From NCBI RefSeq assembly GCF_006345805.1, contig NC_043001.1, positions 106,454,001-106,518,000 on the forward strand: a stretch of DNA of 64,000 nt. Direction: 5' to 3'. This DNA comes from Octopus sinensis. Its lineage: Eukaryota. The notes below the pieces were generated by a model. That model saw only the letters and a program-made list of their open reading frames with translations. It searched no databases and was not told the origin of the DNA. Within the stretch, counting starts at the first letter, position 1. Each line of letters opens with the position of its first letter. Shown piece by piece: positions 40,117-53,178 of this stretch. A program made the translations under genes and the position numbers.

Positions 40117-41783
40117 ATGTAAAAAAAAAAATACGAGTATGCGCTGGCTTTCCTACGGGCTTGAACGAATGTTTGATGACATACAATTACTCATTACCAA
40201 GACCGGTGGAAATTTTTGCGAAACTCAATGGAGGAAAATTTTATTTTTATAGTTGGACTTGTCGGAGGCGTATTTACAGTTACAAGTCGAAGAGGAATGT
40301 TCGAAATTATTAACGATAAACACCCACAAAAGGTTTATATAAATTCAATCGACTTGCTTTTGTGATAAGGGTGACATCTAATATTTTCCAACAGATGATG
40401 GACACTATGCTATATCTTACTTGGATGATATGCTCATAAAAAGCGAGTCTCGAGGCCAGGATGAAGAACATGTTGAAAAGGTCTTTGAAAGAATAAAGGA
40501 ATATGGGTTTAAACTTAGCGAAGAAAATGCGAATTTTTCATACCAGTAATAAAGTATCTAGGGCAAGTTATCGATAAAAATGGTTGCAAACCAGATCCTT
40601 CAAGATCGATTGCAATAAAAAATATGCCCCACCCACAAAAAATATTACAACGTTACAAGCGTTTTGGGGGGGCTGGCTCGAACACTATTACCAAATATAC
40701 AAACCGAATATGCATGAACTAAGAGCATCCCGAGACAACCTATTGAACAAAGATGTTAAATGGCATTGGTCGGAAAAAAGACGTTAAATGGTATTGGTTA
40801 ACATCGAAACTGCCATTATCGCACTTTTAAAAATAGTAGTAGCATCAGATGCTAGCGAAAGTGGTATAGGAGCAGTAATTTTACACAAGTATGAAAATGG
40901 TAGCTTAAAACCCATCGCTCATGCTTCACGTTCATTGTAGGCGGCTGGAAAAATACTGCCAAATTGAGAAGAAGGCATTAGCCATTATTTTTGCGGTAAA
41001 AAAATTTCACAAATTCATACATGGAAGGAAATTCAGTCTACAGACAGATCAACGCCTATTTTTGATAATTTACACATATAGCCAACCGATTGCAGCGCTG
41101 GGGCAGAATCATGCTAAATTATAACTTTAAGATGGATTTTCTACTTCGAAAAAACTGATACATGCGAATGGGCTGTCAAGATTGATACCTAAATACAATG
41201 AACTGTTAGAGGACACAGTAATTGCGGCATTAAAAGCTGAAATCGAAATAAAAAATATGCTCTGCAACGTAATTCGCGAATTACCTGTCACTTTAGAGGA
41301 AATAAAAATTAAAGCAGAGAAAGAAGTGTTCATAATAAAAATGAAAAAAATTAGTCAGGTCAGTGTTTGACAAATTACTACCGCGAAGAAAAGAAAAACT
41401 GGAGAGAATCACCGAAAGTAAGATAAATTACTTCAAAATCGGTGACAAGGTGTTTTTAAAATATACAGTAATGGAAAGAAAAGTTGGGAAGAAGGTATGA
41501 GTAAAACGTTTAGGAAATATAACGTACATGGTAAAAGGTCATACGTGGGAACACAAAAGACATTTAAACCAACTGAAAAAAGGTTTACGTAAGAAAGAAT
41601 GAAACATAAAGAACCAATGGAATTTCTTTATGACGTGTTTGACGTCCCAGTACTTCAAGGAATAGTCTAACCAACGAGTACATCGACTAGAAGAAGAAAA
41701 CAAACAAAACTTTTGCAAGAAGAGCCAAACGAAAACATATTCCAATTTCTTCACGGGGAATTAAGTAACAAAAAAGGGGGAGA

Positions 41784-42040
41784 TGTGGTAATAAAGATAT
41801 GATAAATATTGACTTCTAAGGAAAGTCAGGCACAAAACAGATATGGTGAAATCCTGACACCCCTGAGGGATAGCAAGTGAACTGTCTTAAACCTTATAAA
41901 GGCGCACTAACAGTGCGTGGTACAGCGTAGTGTGTGCAGTTGCATTTGTGAAGGCAGTCGTAGAAGACTTTGAGAAGACATATAAGTATGTTACGTGTTT
42001 GTTACTCATTTAGTTTCTGTAGTATTATATCGCTGTTACA
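41784..42040 (+). repeat. Probable 3' LTR of the Gypsy element
   Basis: Follows the polypurine tract; TG...CA ends; no matching 5' LTR found. Confidence 0.5.
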
Positions 42041-42074
42041 GTGTATTCTATATCCAAACTCAATGATATAAGAA

Positions 42075-42135
42075 AGGCGGTGCTCCAGCATGGCCGCAGT
42101 CCAGTGACTGAAACAATTAAAAGACAACAGATAAA
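42075..42135 (-). mobile_element. SINE family C fragment
   Basis: GGCGGTGCTCCAGCATGGCCGCAGTC. Confidence 0.65.
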
Positions 42136-42392
42136 ATATGTACTAACCATCGCTGAGTTCTGTAGGGTGGAGTGGAATAAGTCTACATTTACGAAATGAA
42201 GGCAGCTGGAGTGTCTCTAATTTTTATAGCCCAAAGAAAACGTTTGACATGAATTTATACTATATGACATGAGATATAATTAATATAACATACAGAAACT
42301 TAGTTTCCATTCAAATTATTTATCATGAATTTCTTCAATGATATTGAAATTGGAGTATACACATCGACAAACACACACATGCACACACACAT

Positions 42393-42440
<48 letters not shown>

Positions 42441-42828
42441 ATATATAATTTTATTATTATTATTATTATTTAATAAAAATACTATGTTACAGAATAATAA
42501 ATTGTACTCTACAAAATCTATTAAGCAATCTTACAGTTTTATGTAAATCTGGATCTATTATAACTTATAAAATCAAATATTAATATATATATATATTATT
42601 GCTTAACAAGAATAATATGTTAAAGCAGAATGATAAATCTGTAGGCTACAACAGCTATTAAATGACCCTTCAGTTTAATGTAAATTGTTTTTATGGTTTA
42701 ACTTAAGACCAAACATTACTGTGATTTAGTGTATGCGTGTGTGTGTACATACATACATACATTTATTAACACACAGATATAGGCTAATATATGTGCATAC
42801 ATAACTACTCTTACATAGCCACACACAC

Positions 42829-42875
<47 letters not shown>

Positions 42876-43434
42876 AATACAAACTCATACATAGACTCTT
42901 ACGTAAGTTCTTCCCGCAAAGTTTTGCAAAATAGCGTTATAACATTTTCATTCAGTGAAAGAGTCGTTAAAATATCTACCACCCCCCCTCCCCTATCTTA
43001 CAGTAATGAAAGAATCCATCACAAGTCATCCATTTCTGACATCCTTGAATCCAACCCACGAATCCACATGCAGTTTTGCACTTTTGCATCCATTTCTTCT
43101 CAGTTCAGTTACCCCGCGTCTTCGTCATCAACTTTTTCTCCCCGAAGACCAAGGGAGAAATCAGAGAATTCCACATCCGGGAAATATGCTGAAAAGGAAT
43201 CACTGACCAATCTATGTTTTTCTTTCTTAAGATCGATTGTTCTCACATTCTTACACCTTTCCTTCGCTTCTCGATTTTTCTGAATATTTCTGAGTGGTCG
43301 GAAAACACTTACGTATTCTGAAAACACAAACCGTAAGAAATTTCGCCATATTGGAAATTTTGCCACATTAGAAAATTCGCCATATTAGAAAACATGTTGC
43401 ATGGACAATGATAAAGCGTATGATATTCTTTTTA

Positions 43435-43515
43435 ATTCTCTCAGTCATTTGACTTCGGTCATGCTGGAGCATCGCCTTTAGTCGAAAAAATCGGCCCCAG
43501 AACTTATTCTCTTGC
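43435..43515 (+). mobile_element. SINE family C fragment
   Basis: CAGTCATTTGACTTCGGTCATGCTGGAGCATCGCCTTTAGTCG. Confidence 0.7.
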
Positions 43516-43709
43516 CTTGTCTCTGCAGTCTTTAAACATTTCATTAAATCAACCATCCGGCTTCCAGTGAGCCAACGTCCAATATAACATACAAACCTGA
43601 TGCACGCAGGCTTTTTGTTGTTTTTGCAGGGATTCTACATTTCAATCGTTTAATTCTTTCTAATTTTTGGTTTCACATAATCTTTTTACTTCTCTTTCAA
43701 ATTTATACT

Positions 43710-44110
43710 TATACGAGGTAGATTTTTGTCCGTAACGTTATAGCAATTGATTCCATTACGATCATGTAACACCAAAAAGTGGCCACCAAAATCGCCAGAT
43801 TTAAATGCATGGACTAAAACGTTTGGGGAGTTGTTGAAAGAGAAACGAACTGACAGACTCAAAATATCGAAGGCCAACATTGTGCAGGTGATGTCCGAAA
43901 TGCATATGGAGCAACTGTTTGAGTTATGTCAACAGTTCCAGTTCCACATTGAAATAATCATTGTGGCTGAATGCAGAGTCATGGAATAATCTTATAAGAA
44001 AGATTGTAATACACAGCATTTGAAGAAAACTTAATTTGGTTTTGCTAGATTAGAGCTGTTTAAATCCCCAGATATGGCCTCAAATAAGTCTCGCATCCTG
44101 TATGTACATA
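43710..44110 (+). mobile_element. Tc1/mariner transposase C-terminal fragment
   Basis: ORF 43747-43989 contains WPPKSPDLNA and ends FHIEIIIVAECRVME*. Confidence 0.7.
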
Positions 44111-44275
44111 CACGCGCTCACATGCACACACACGCACACATATCAAAGCATACTCGAGATTTGGATGAATTCAGAAACCACTCACTGGTACACACACAGG
44201 TGTGTATGTGTGTGTATGTGTATGTATTCCATTCATAATAACAGTAAACTATTTCAGTGACTACATATACACACG

Positions 44276-44337
<62 letters not shown>

Positions 44338-45247
44338 CACACACATATAATATATTTATATACACACACACATATATATATATACATACACACAGACACA
44401 TATATATATATATTATATATATATATAAACAAAACAAAAAATTGAACAAGAACGTAACAGGCAAGTTTGATTCACACACACACACACACACACATACATA
44501 TTTATATATGTATACAGATATATACATGCATAAATATATAAGCATATATATTAATGTGTATTTATACATATATATGGATGTATGTATGTATATGTATGTA
44601 TATATATGTATGTATCCATGAATATGTGTGTTTGCGCGTATGTATATTTTGATAATTTTTTTCGATGAGATATTCAAGTTATTTCAATGAAGTGTATGAT
44701 ACATTATGTTATCGTAAATTCACTTCATGTTGTATCCTATACTTTCATGTCAGATATTTTTCCTTCGGGTGTTACAATCTAAGAGATGGTTCACCTGCCT
44801 TCCTATCATCGCTATATTTATATGACAAGCTTTCACTACACAAATGGGCGAAACTTCATACACCCCCTCTCTGTGTTGTGTTAGATAACGTTTAGTACAC
44901 TACGACTGTTACTTTTCATAAAGCTTGTAGAGGGGATTTCAAACCTAGATACGAGGTCAGATATCACGAGCAAACCATCATAGTTTCACTTGATCACTCT
45001 ATTAACCGACCAACCAGCGTGAAGCAATGGCGAGGACAGGTTTTCTCGAACATTCTAGAATTTAACTTCTAGTCTCCTATAAAAAGCCGTTCAGGGCACA
45101 ATTTTCCCAGCCAGACGACTCAGGAAGGCGGCTAAGACAGACGGTGCAGATAGACGAGTGGACTATCCGTTTGTATAAATATAGCTCAGTTGCTTCCAGC
45201 TATGTTGCCGTATCAATAGCTTGCCGTAAACCCCAAGTTTTATCTCT

Positions 45248-45315
<68 letters not shown>

Positions 45316-45472
45316 ACTATGTTATTATTGCTGTTGTAATCAGTAAAAGTCATATTGGGATCACGACCAGGTCATTTTTAAGTTTCATCCTACCATAGTT
45401 GGTAAACTAATGTACCAGTCAACTTCTGGACCAATTTAATCAATTAATAGCCTCTTGTACTGATGTTAAAAA

Positions 45473-45473
<1 letters not shown>

Positions 45474-45528
<55 letters not shown>

Positions 45529-45890
45529 ATGAAAACTCAGATTATTTTATTGGGTATGGTGGAAAGTGTCAGCTGTCCACAGCCAGCAGACTAAGGTGAT
45601 ACTTGTTTAATGGTCATACTTCAAGAATTCTTCGGTGAATTCTTCCAGTTCCAAGCAATACTTTTTTTCGCAGGTGTTCTACCTTCACACTTGCACCAAT
45701 CTTTTTCAGCCATATTGGTAGTTGAGTGCTGATACTGCCAAGTGCACCAATTACTATTGGAAACAAGTCTACTCTCTTCATTGACCACAAACTTCGTATT
45801 TCGCACATCAAATCGTCATAGTTGTTTATTTTTTCTTCTTTCACATTAATCCTATTGTCACAGGGACATGCAATGTCGATTATCATACAT
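45474..45890 (-). mobile_element. 3' end of an R4/Dong-like RLE LINE with (TAA)n tail
   Basis: ORF 45614-45886: IIDIACPCDNRI..KEEKINNYDDL..EIRSLW..PIVIGALG..LLGTGRI. Confidence 0.85.
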
Positions 45891-46354
45891 GTTCATTCTT
45901 TTTTTATTCACTACAGCAATGTCCTATTTCCGACGTCTGGTCGAGTGATCGCTTTACTAATTCAGATTACAAAATTCAATGAACTATTTTTTAAAGATGG
46001 CAGGGTTTGATCTGAGCACAAGTTGGTTGCCATTTCAGCAGATCGATTCAATGCATAAAAGCTTCAAAACTTGTTACTACATGTGACTGAAATTTTTTTC
46101 TTGCTTATCATCTGTGATACCGTTATGCTGTAGTTTTAAAACTGGCAACGAAAATAAAATTTAGATATGGAGGCAAAAAACGAATGCATTTTATTATAAA
46201 TACTGAAAAGAGCACAGGTTGTTTTAATTTACTGCTAGCAACATTTGTTAATATACATTCATATAAATATATATATATATATATATATACACATTTACTG
46301 TGTGCAATTTTCTGGGCTTACGCACACACACCCACATATATATATGTGTGTGTT

Positions 46355-46417
<63 letters not shown>

Positions 46418-46608
46418 GTGTGTATATAGAACCACAAGGTTGCACACAGCAAATCAGTAAATGAACAGAATATATGTTTTTAATATTGATTTTAAAATAT
46501 ATTAGTTTCAAAAAAATATTACCTTTTAAAATATATTAGTTTTTGTATTTTACTTTTGTTGCCAGTTTGAAAGCAACAAACTAATGCCATCACAAATAAT
46601 AAACATAT

Positions 46609-46669
<61 letters not shown>

Positions 46670-47104
46670 TGTGTACGCGCGAGCGCACAATAAGTACATA
46701 TGCAGAGCAAAATTCTTACAGATTTCGAAATGTTTTACCCCTTTTAAATACGCTCGAGCTGTGCCTTTGTGAAGTGTAAAATAATTACACGTGTGCTATT
46801 TTAATGGGCGCTGGACATCAGAAGGAAATGAATAATTTTAAAATGGAGACAGGAAATAGATGTCTCAGCGAACAGAAAATTGTTTTGCACATCTAATTGA
46901 AAAGTTAACAACGATAAATAAAGAATCATAAATACCATATTTTCATTTAAATAATATATAATAATGGTAAATGCCAAGATTTTACCATTTATGTTCGAGT
47001 CTGCTGCAACAACAGCTTCATAGGAAAGTGAATAACTTTTAATCAGTTCGTTTCATAATAATTTGGCTGTCAGAAGGCTTTTTGATATATATATATATAA
47101 TTAT

Positions 47105-47360
47105 CTGGTTCTCCGTCGGTTGCGACGACGAGGGTTCCAGTTGATCCGATCAATTGAACAGCTTGCTCGTGAAATTAACGTGCAAGTGGCTGAGCACTCC
47201 ACAGACACACGTACCCTTAACGTAGTTCTCAGAGAGATTCAGATGACACAGAACGTGACAAGGCTGACCCTTTGAAATATAGCTGCTTGTCTCTTTTTGC
47301 AGCTCAGTGGGCCGAAGCAGCCTGAAATAAAGTGTCTTTCTCAAGGACACAACGCGTCGC
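47105..47360 (+). mobile_element. SINE-like repeat (family C-associated core with GTGTCTTTCTCAAGGACACAAC tail motif)
   Basis: Recognised repeat-like text; the tail motif resembles LINE-derived SINE tails. Confidence 0.55.
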
Positions 47361-47809
47361 CGTGATCGAAAAGAAAATCGCTCATTTTCTGCTCCTTACA
47401 GCATTCCCAGCGAGAAGCTTAACAGTTTCACCTGCCGGCGGGGTCCTTATTTCATTGCACATAGTCTGTATGTTGTGGACTGTGACACTGTCGTGTGTTC
47501 TATGTTGTGCCGAGGCCAGTTTGTGGTTTCAACTTAGTATGTGGCTCATGCTCTCATCAAACCTTCCAAATATGCGGGATTCTGGTTTGACATTACGCTC
47601 CAACTCATATCTCTAGTCGTATCTAGTAATAAGTCACAACGTAGCTGCAGTTTTTAATGACTAACATTTTTGCCTCTCTGCCTTGACTTACCAATTCCAG
47701 TAACACAAATACTATCAATTCCAAGAACTGATTTAATCGACAATACTCTACACCCAAAGTTGTGACACTCTGCCTACTTTAAAAACATTAATATTATTCA
47801 CATTATGCG

Positions 47810-47935
47810 TTCGAAACTGACTTTGCCTGTCATCCTTTTGGGTCGATAAAAATAAGTACCGGTCGAGCACTAGAGTCGATGCAATCGGCTACCCGTCTCC
47901 CTCAAAGTTTCAGGCCTTGCGCATGCGTTAAAAAT
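47810..47935 (+). mobile_element. SINE family A, 3' half, diverged
   Basis: CTTTGCCTGTCATCCTTTTGGGTCGATAAAAATAAGTACC. Confidence 0.75.
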
Positions 47936-48550
47936 CATCCTCGTCATCATTATCATCATTATTGAATCATTGACACCCAATGATTTTATACATGTGTATA
48001 CCATTATTCCTCCCTTTTTTATGTGGCAAAGTCTATATTATTCTCTCAATGGGAGTTCTGTGGATATATTCATCTATGTGAGAACACTAGGTATCAGATA
48101 TCGAATAGTTATGAAATTAATTGTTTCCTTATATAGAGTGGATAATATAGATTTCACGTTAGTCCGTTATTTCTGTAATTTAATTGTTTGTACATCAGTA
48201 TTTCCATTATTAATTTAAAGTCTAAATTATACATCACAGACATAGGCCATTTTCGGAAGCAAATTCAAAACAACAGTATTTCACGAATAAAACTTGATTT
48301 AATTAATCCATTATTTTGTTTGTTTTTTTGGTCACCCCGTTATCGCCCATTTTTCTTCAAGGACCCCTGGATCTTTCCACCGCCCACTTTGGTAACCACT
48401 GATTTAGATTAATGATTACAGCCACAGAAGCCGTAAGTGCAGTGTTGCCATTCAAAGACGGATGTGTGCGTGACTACACAGCTTCTGCATATTCTTTAGG
48501 ACGAGATTTGAAAAAGGAAAAGTTAACTTCACTTTCTGCTATGTTAAATG

Positions 48551-48962
48551 CAAAGATGGGCACCGTTAATCGAAAAGTTAACTTCGTTATCCGTTAATCC
48601 GTTATCCAAAACGTTAACTTCGATAACTGTCAATCAGTTAATTCTTTTAAAATATAACGGAAGTTATCGATAAACCGTTAACGTTAATCTTCATCATAGA
48701 AAAAAAAGCAATCAGATTTTGCTCTAAAATCACCAAAAAATACCTTTAAGAAGTGCCAAAACTTCAAAATCCGTTAACTTCGATTGAAATGAAGTTAACG
48801 GAAGTTAACTCAAGTTGACTTGAGTTAACGGAAGTTAAATCTAACGGACGTTAACCAATCCGATAATGATTTCCAAAGTTAACTTAAAAGTTAAATCGTT
48901 AACGAAAATATGAACGTCGTTAATTAACGATTAACAGATTGACAGTTTCATGTCCAGGTTTG
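48551..48962. mobile_element. GTTAAC-rich MITE-like DNA element (hAT-like ends)
   Basis: Left end CAAAGATGGGCACCGTTAATCG partly inverts to CGATTAAC...ATGTCCAGGTTTG; many GTTAAC/GTTAAT subterminal motifs. Confidence 0.5.
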
Positions 48963-50739
48963 GTTAAATGGCCTTCGTGAGACATATCCTGGCTTATTTT
49001 CGTAGTTTATGTAATTAAATTTTAATATTGTGCAACATTTGAAACCAATATAAATGCTGCGTACATCAGCTGAAGCTCAAATCCTCCGTCTCTCCTTTTA
49101 TTCTAGAACATTTGGAACTGTATTGGCTTTTCTCTTTCCACACTCACTTTTAGAAAATTGACTTTAGAATGTGTGTTCCTATCTATTTTCTTTCTTTTTT
49201 TTTTACTATTTTTTGGCTTTCTACTTTATTGTTATCTTTTGTTTTATTTGGTTTATTTCGCATTTTACTCGCTGTTTTCTCACTATCTGTCAAATACAAT
49301 TGGTTGTCGATGCGTAATGTATTATCGCCTTGTCTATACCGATGTATTTTCTGTTTCATAATGCTACTTTATTAAACTAATCAGCCTTCCTTTTAGTCCT
49401 CCGCCCCAATTTTTACAAGAGCAATTACGATTATGGTTACTTTATACTGTTTCTCTCTGAGTCTAGTTACTATCCTGCCAGTGCACGTGATATTTGTTTA
49501 TATCGTCTTTAAAATTGTGAGTTCGGAAAGCACAGGTTAATTATTCGTTTTCCTATCTGGACACATGCCTTAAATTAAAGTCCATTATATTATTTCTAAC
49601 ACATAGCTTAGAACCGGAATCTTCTTGTATTGAATTCTTTCCTTTTACATTAAGATGACTCTATTGCAGGACTTATTTTCTCATTTTCATTCCTGTTTGT
49701 TGTTCGTGTACATTATATATACATTTAGTACGACTCAGTCCTCATTTTTATTTCGACGTCTAAATCTAAATGATTGTCTGTTTGGTAGTTTTAGCTTTAT
49801 TTTTTTATTTTTTGTCTTTTACTGGTTTTTTTTTTCAGTTTTATTTTATTAACCTGTACTAAAAGTATTTTCATATCATTGTCTATTCTAATATTCCTTA
49901 TATCTTCTAAAATCACATGTGTCTTACGCTAATTGCTGTCTCGTAAATAGCTCCAAACGAATATAAACAATGGAGAAAAATTATTTTTCCATAGCATTTG
50001 CAACGATTGGGTATTCATGTTGTTGTAGTTGTTGCTGTTGTTATTGTTGTTGTTGTTCCTGTTGTTGTTGTTGTTGTTGTTGTTGTTGCTTAATCAGATC
50101 ATCGCTAATTAAAGTATCCGTAAGGGAAAACATTTCAGACACAGCCTCGCAGTTTTTTTTTTTTTTTGCTATATCTAGGGCTACATCATCTACAATGCAT
50201 TTTGTTAAGATCGTATCTCTTATTTGATGAAAAATTGACTGATGTTTTTTAACGAGGTACATCATCATCTGTTGATTCACATAATCTTTGTTAGTTTGAT
50301 TCGGCAAAAGTATTTACCGCATCACAGACTGGTTGAAAAATAGCTCAGATACGGAATATGCTTCCTTAACAATTTCTTTTCTCATACTTCAATTCAACGA
50401 AATGGATAAAATTTTGAAGCTGGATTTAATAATTCTACTATCATAGAGTTTTGTTCACGTCGTTATTTCATGGTTGACATAGTTTCTTAGTAATAAGTCT
50501 GTCTCGTTTATATCCAGGAGATGCCAATATTCAGAGTGTGTTATTCTGTCAAAAGGCATTTCAATAATCAGTCTGTGTCATACTGCGATATTTTTCTCTC
50601 TTGTCCTGTCATTATAATCGCACCGTTAGCTAAGATTTGTTCATTACGTCCATGCATTCATATCCGACACATTGTCTATTCCTCAGGTAACATGTTATTA
50701 ATTTCCAGATGAGCTGTCAAACATTTGAAGAGTGCACAC

Positions 50740-50781
50740 ACTCACACACACACACACACACACACACATACATCTATATAT

Positions 50782-50830
<49 letters not shown>

Positions 50831-50854
50831 AAGAGAAAAGAGAGAAAGAGAGAA

Positions 50855-50885
<31 letters not shown>

Positions 50886-50914
50886 TGGATGGATAGATAG
50901 ATAGATAGATAGAT

Positions 50915-50990
<76 letters not shown>
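50740..50990. repeat. (CA)n-(GA)n-(GATA)n compound microsatellite
   Basis: Direct inspection. Confidence 0.95.
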
Positions 50991-52741
50991 TGTACATATA
51001 CTCACACATACACACACATGTATATATATATATATACGTTACGCGTTTATTTTATTGTTGGACGGCTGGTTGTGTGGGGTTCCTAGTTGTCTATGGGTTG
51101 GAAAATAATATTGAAAGAACTTGCTGTCCAGCGATCGATATATATCAGTGGAGAGTGTCTAATCGACTAAAGTTTGAAATGCTTGTATGCCAATGTTAGA
51201 AATCAAATTGTTTTTTTTTTCTTTACGCCCAGTTTTGTATGTATTATATTTGATTTCAACGCTCATTTTCACACTTCATGAACATTTTCACAAAAGCTAC
51301 TCCTTTTATCATGTCAATATTGATGTTTTAAAAATAGCATCTTACACCTGACCTATTACGTCAACGTCACTGCACGCAACTCTGAATTAAGAAAAATCTG
51401 AGAGCATATTTCTCTGTAAGAATATCATTAAGTCTATTTTAAAACTAATCTCGTTTCTTTGCTAAATTATTCATTATTATTCTATTTCATGTTTTCAGAT
51501 GGTTTTCTAAATAATTAGTTGAATTTGAACCAGTAATACTTTCAAATAGTATGTTCCATTATAAAGATAAACTCAATTAATCGTATTATTTGCTCAGAGA
51601 TAATAATTTTTTTTTTTCTGCCATATTTGTTGTAAGATATATTTTTCCCATAGTTAGTATTGTTGTAAATATTAATAATGTCCGTCCACCAGGATAGCCA
51701 GCTTTGCTCAACGGTGAAAGATTGGCAAGGATTCTCTTAACTATTTCACGGCATGACCTCGGAGACGCCTTTGCTCTGACAATCTGACAGCCTTTCACAT
51801 TTAACTGACCACTGTTGCAAATTTTAGAAGGCACTGCCAAACGTTATGAACGAAATGCCGAACCAATATATTTTGGCAAGATATTAGTCTTAAGAAACCA
51901 ATTCTACACCGTACTTTCAAATATTAATAAAAGAGTAACTTCGTTGCTGGTATGTAATTGTACCGTGTCTACACACAAAACTAAATTGATCGAGTGGTCA
52001 GTCAATATTGATGGAAAACACTCTAAGAACACGTTTGTTATTTAATTATAAAAACACGACGACATTATATTTATATAATCAAAATATGTGGGCGTTTTTG
52101 TTTTTGTTTTTTTTTGTTTTTTGTTTTTTGTTTTTGTAGTCATTTTAAAGTCAGAAGTGACTTGAGTACGACTAAATACTATAATTGTGGAAAATATTTA
52201 AGGGTACCCAATATTGTTTTCTATTCGAGCAGACAAGGGTGACAACTCTGGGAAAAATTTCGGCGTCAGCGATATATAAACTTTGACCGTGTATGCTGAC
52301 CAAGTAACCAACTTAGTGTATAGAAATAGACGCAAAAAATTTGTTTGGATGCGAAAATTTATTGATAATAACAACAACAGAATCCAATACATTGATTAGT
52401 GATTAGTTAGCATTATTCTCAGAAAATCAATGCGTAGGTAATGATTTTTGGCACCGGGACACGAGTAGAAACAGTCGATTATATCGGCACCACTAGTATT
52501 TCATCGTATGCTGTTCAATCGAGACTAGAAAGTGAAAAGGTAAAAGTGAAAGGTAGAGAATGAAACGTTCGAACTTAGTGGAGTTTTATTGTAATGTACA
52601 GTTTTATGATATAAGCAGTGGCGTGCGTGTGTGATAGATTTACCTCTCGACCATATGGGTCCGGTTTCAGCACGAGCATGTTTAGATATGTGACTAAATG
52701 CATGAGAATACATACATCAAACAAAACATATAAGTCTACGC

Positions 52742-53178
52742 ATATACATACATACATACATACATGCATGCATACATACATACATACATACATACATACA
52801 TACATACATACATACATGCATACATACATACTTACATGCATACATACATGCATACATACATACTTACATGCATACATACATGCATACATACATACATGCA
52901 TACATACATACATACATGCATACATACATACATACATACATACATACATGCATGCATGCATGCATACATACATACATACATGCATACATACATACATACA
53001 TACATACATACATACATACATACATGCATGCATGCATGCATACATACATGCATACATACATGCATACATACATACATACATACATACTTGCATACATACA
53101 TACATACTTGCATACATACATACATACATACATACATGCATGCATGCATGCATGCATACATACATACATACATACATA
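52742..53178. repeat. (TACA)n/(TGCA)n microsatellite, 5' flank of LINE copy 2
   Basis: Direct inspection; contains diagnostic CTTG variants. Confidence 0.95.

Larger units (their letters stand above)
39250..42040 (+). mobile_element. Decayed Ty3/Gypsy LTR retrotransposon: protease, RT, RNase H and integrase C-terminus
   Basis: LQLDTGTDITI; EELDKLEELGVIEKIDCSEWGSPIV; YLDDMLI; VASDASESGIGAV; QIEKKALAIIFAVKKFHKFIHGRKF; FKIGDKVF; PPT AAAAAAGGGGGAGA before TG at 41784. Confidence 0.9.

Noticed and set aside
44770-45400. Solo-LTR-like segment with TATA-like boxes
   Set aside because: Could not define matching TG..CA termini or a TSD.
50041-50307. PolyQ-containing ORF as a host exon
   Set aside because: The Q run is a CAA/TTG microsatellite with an internal stop; no splice donor.
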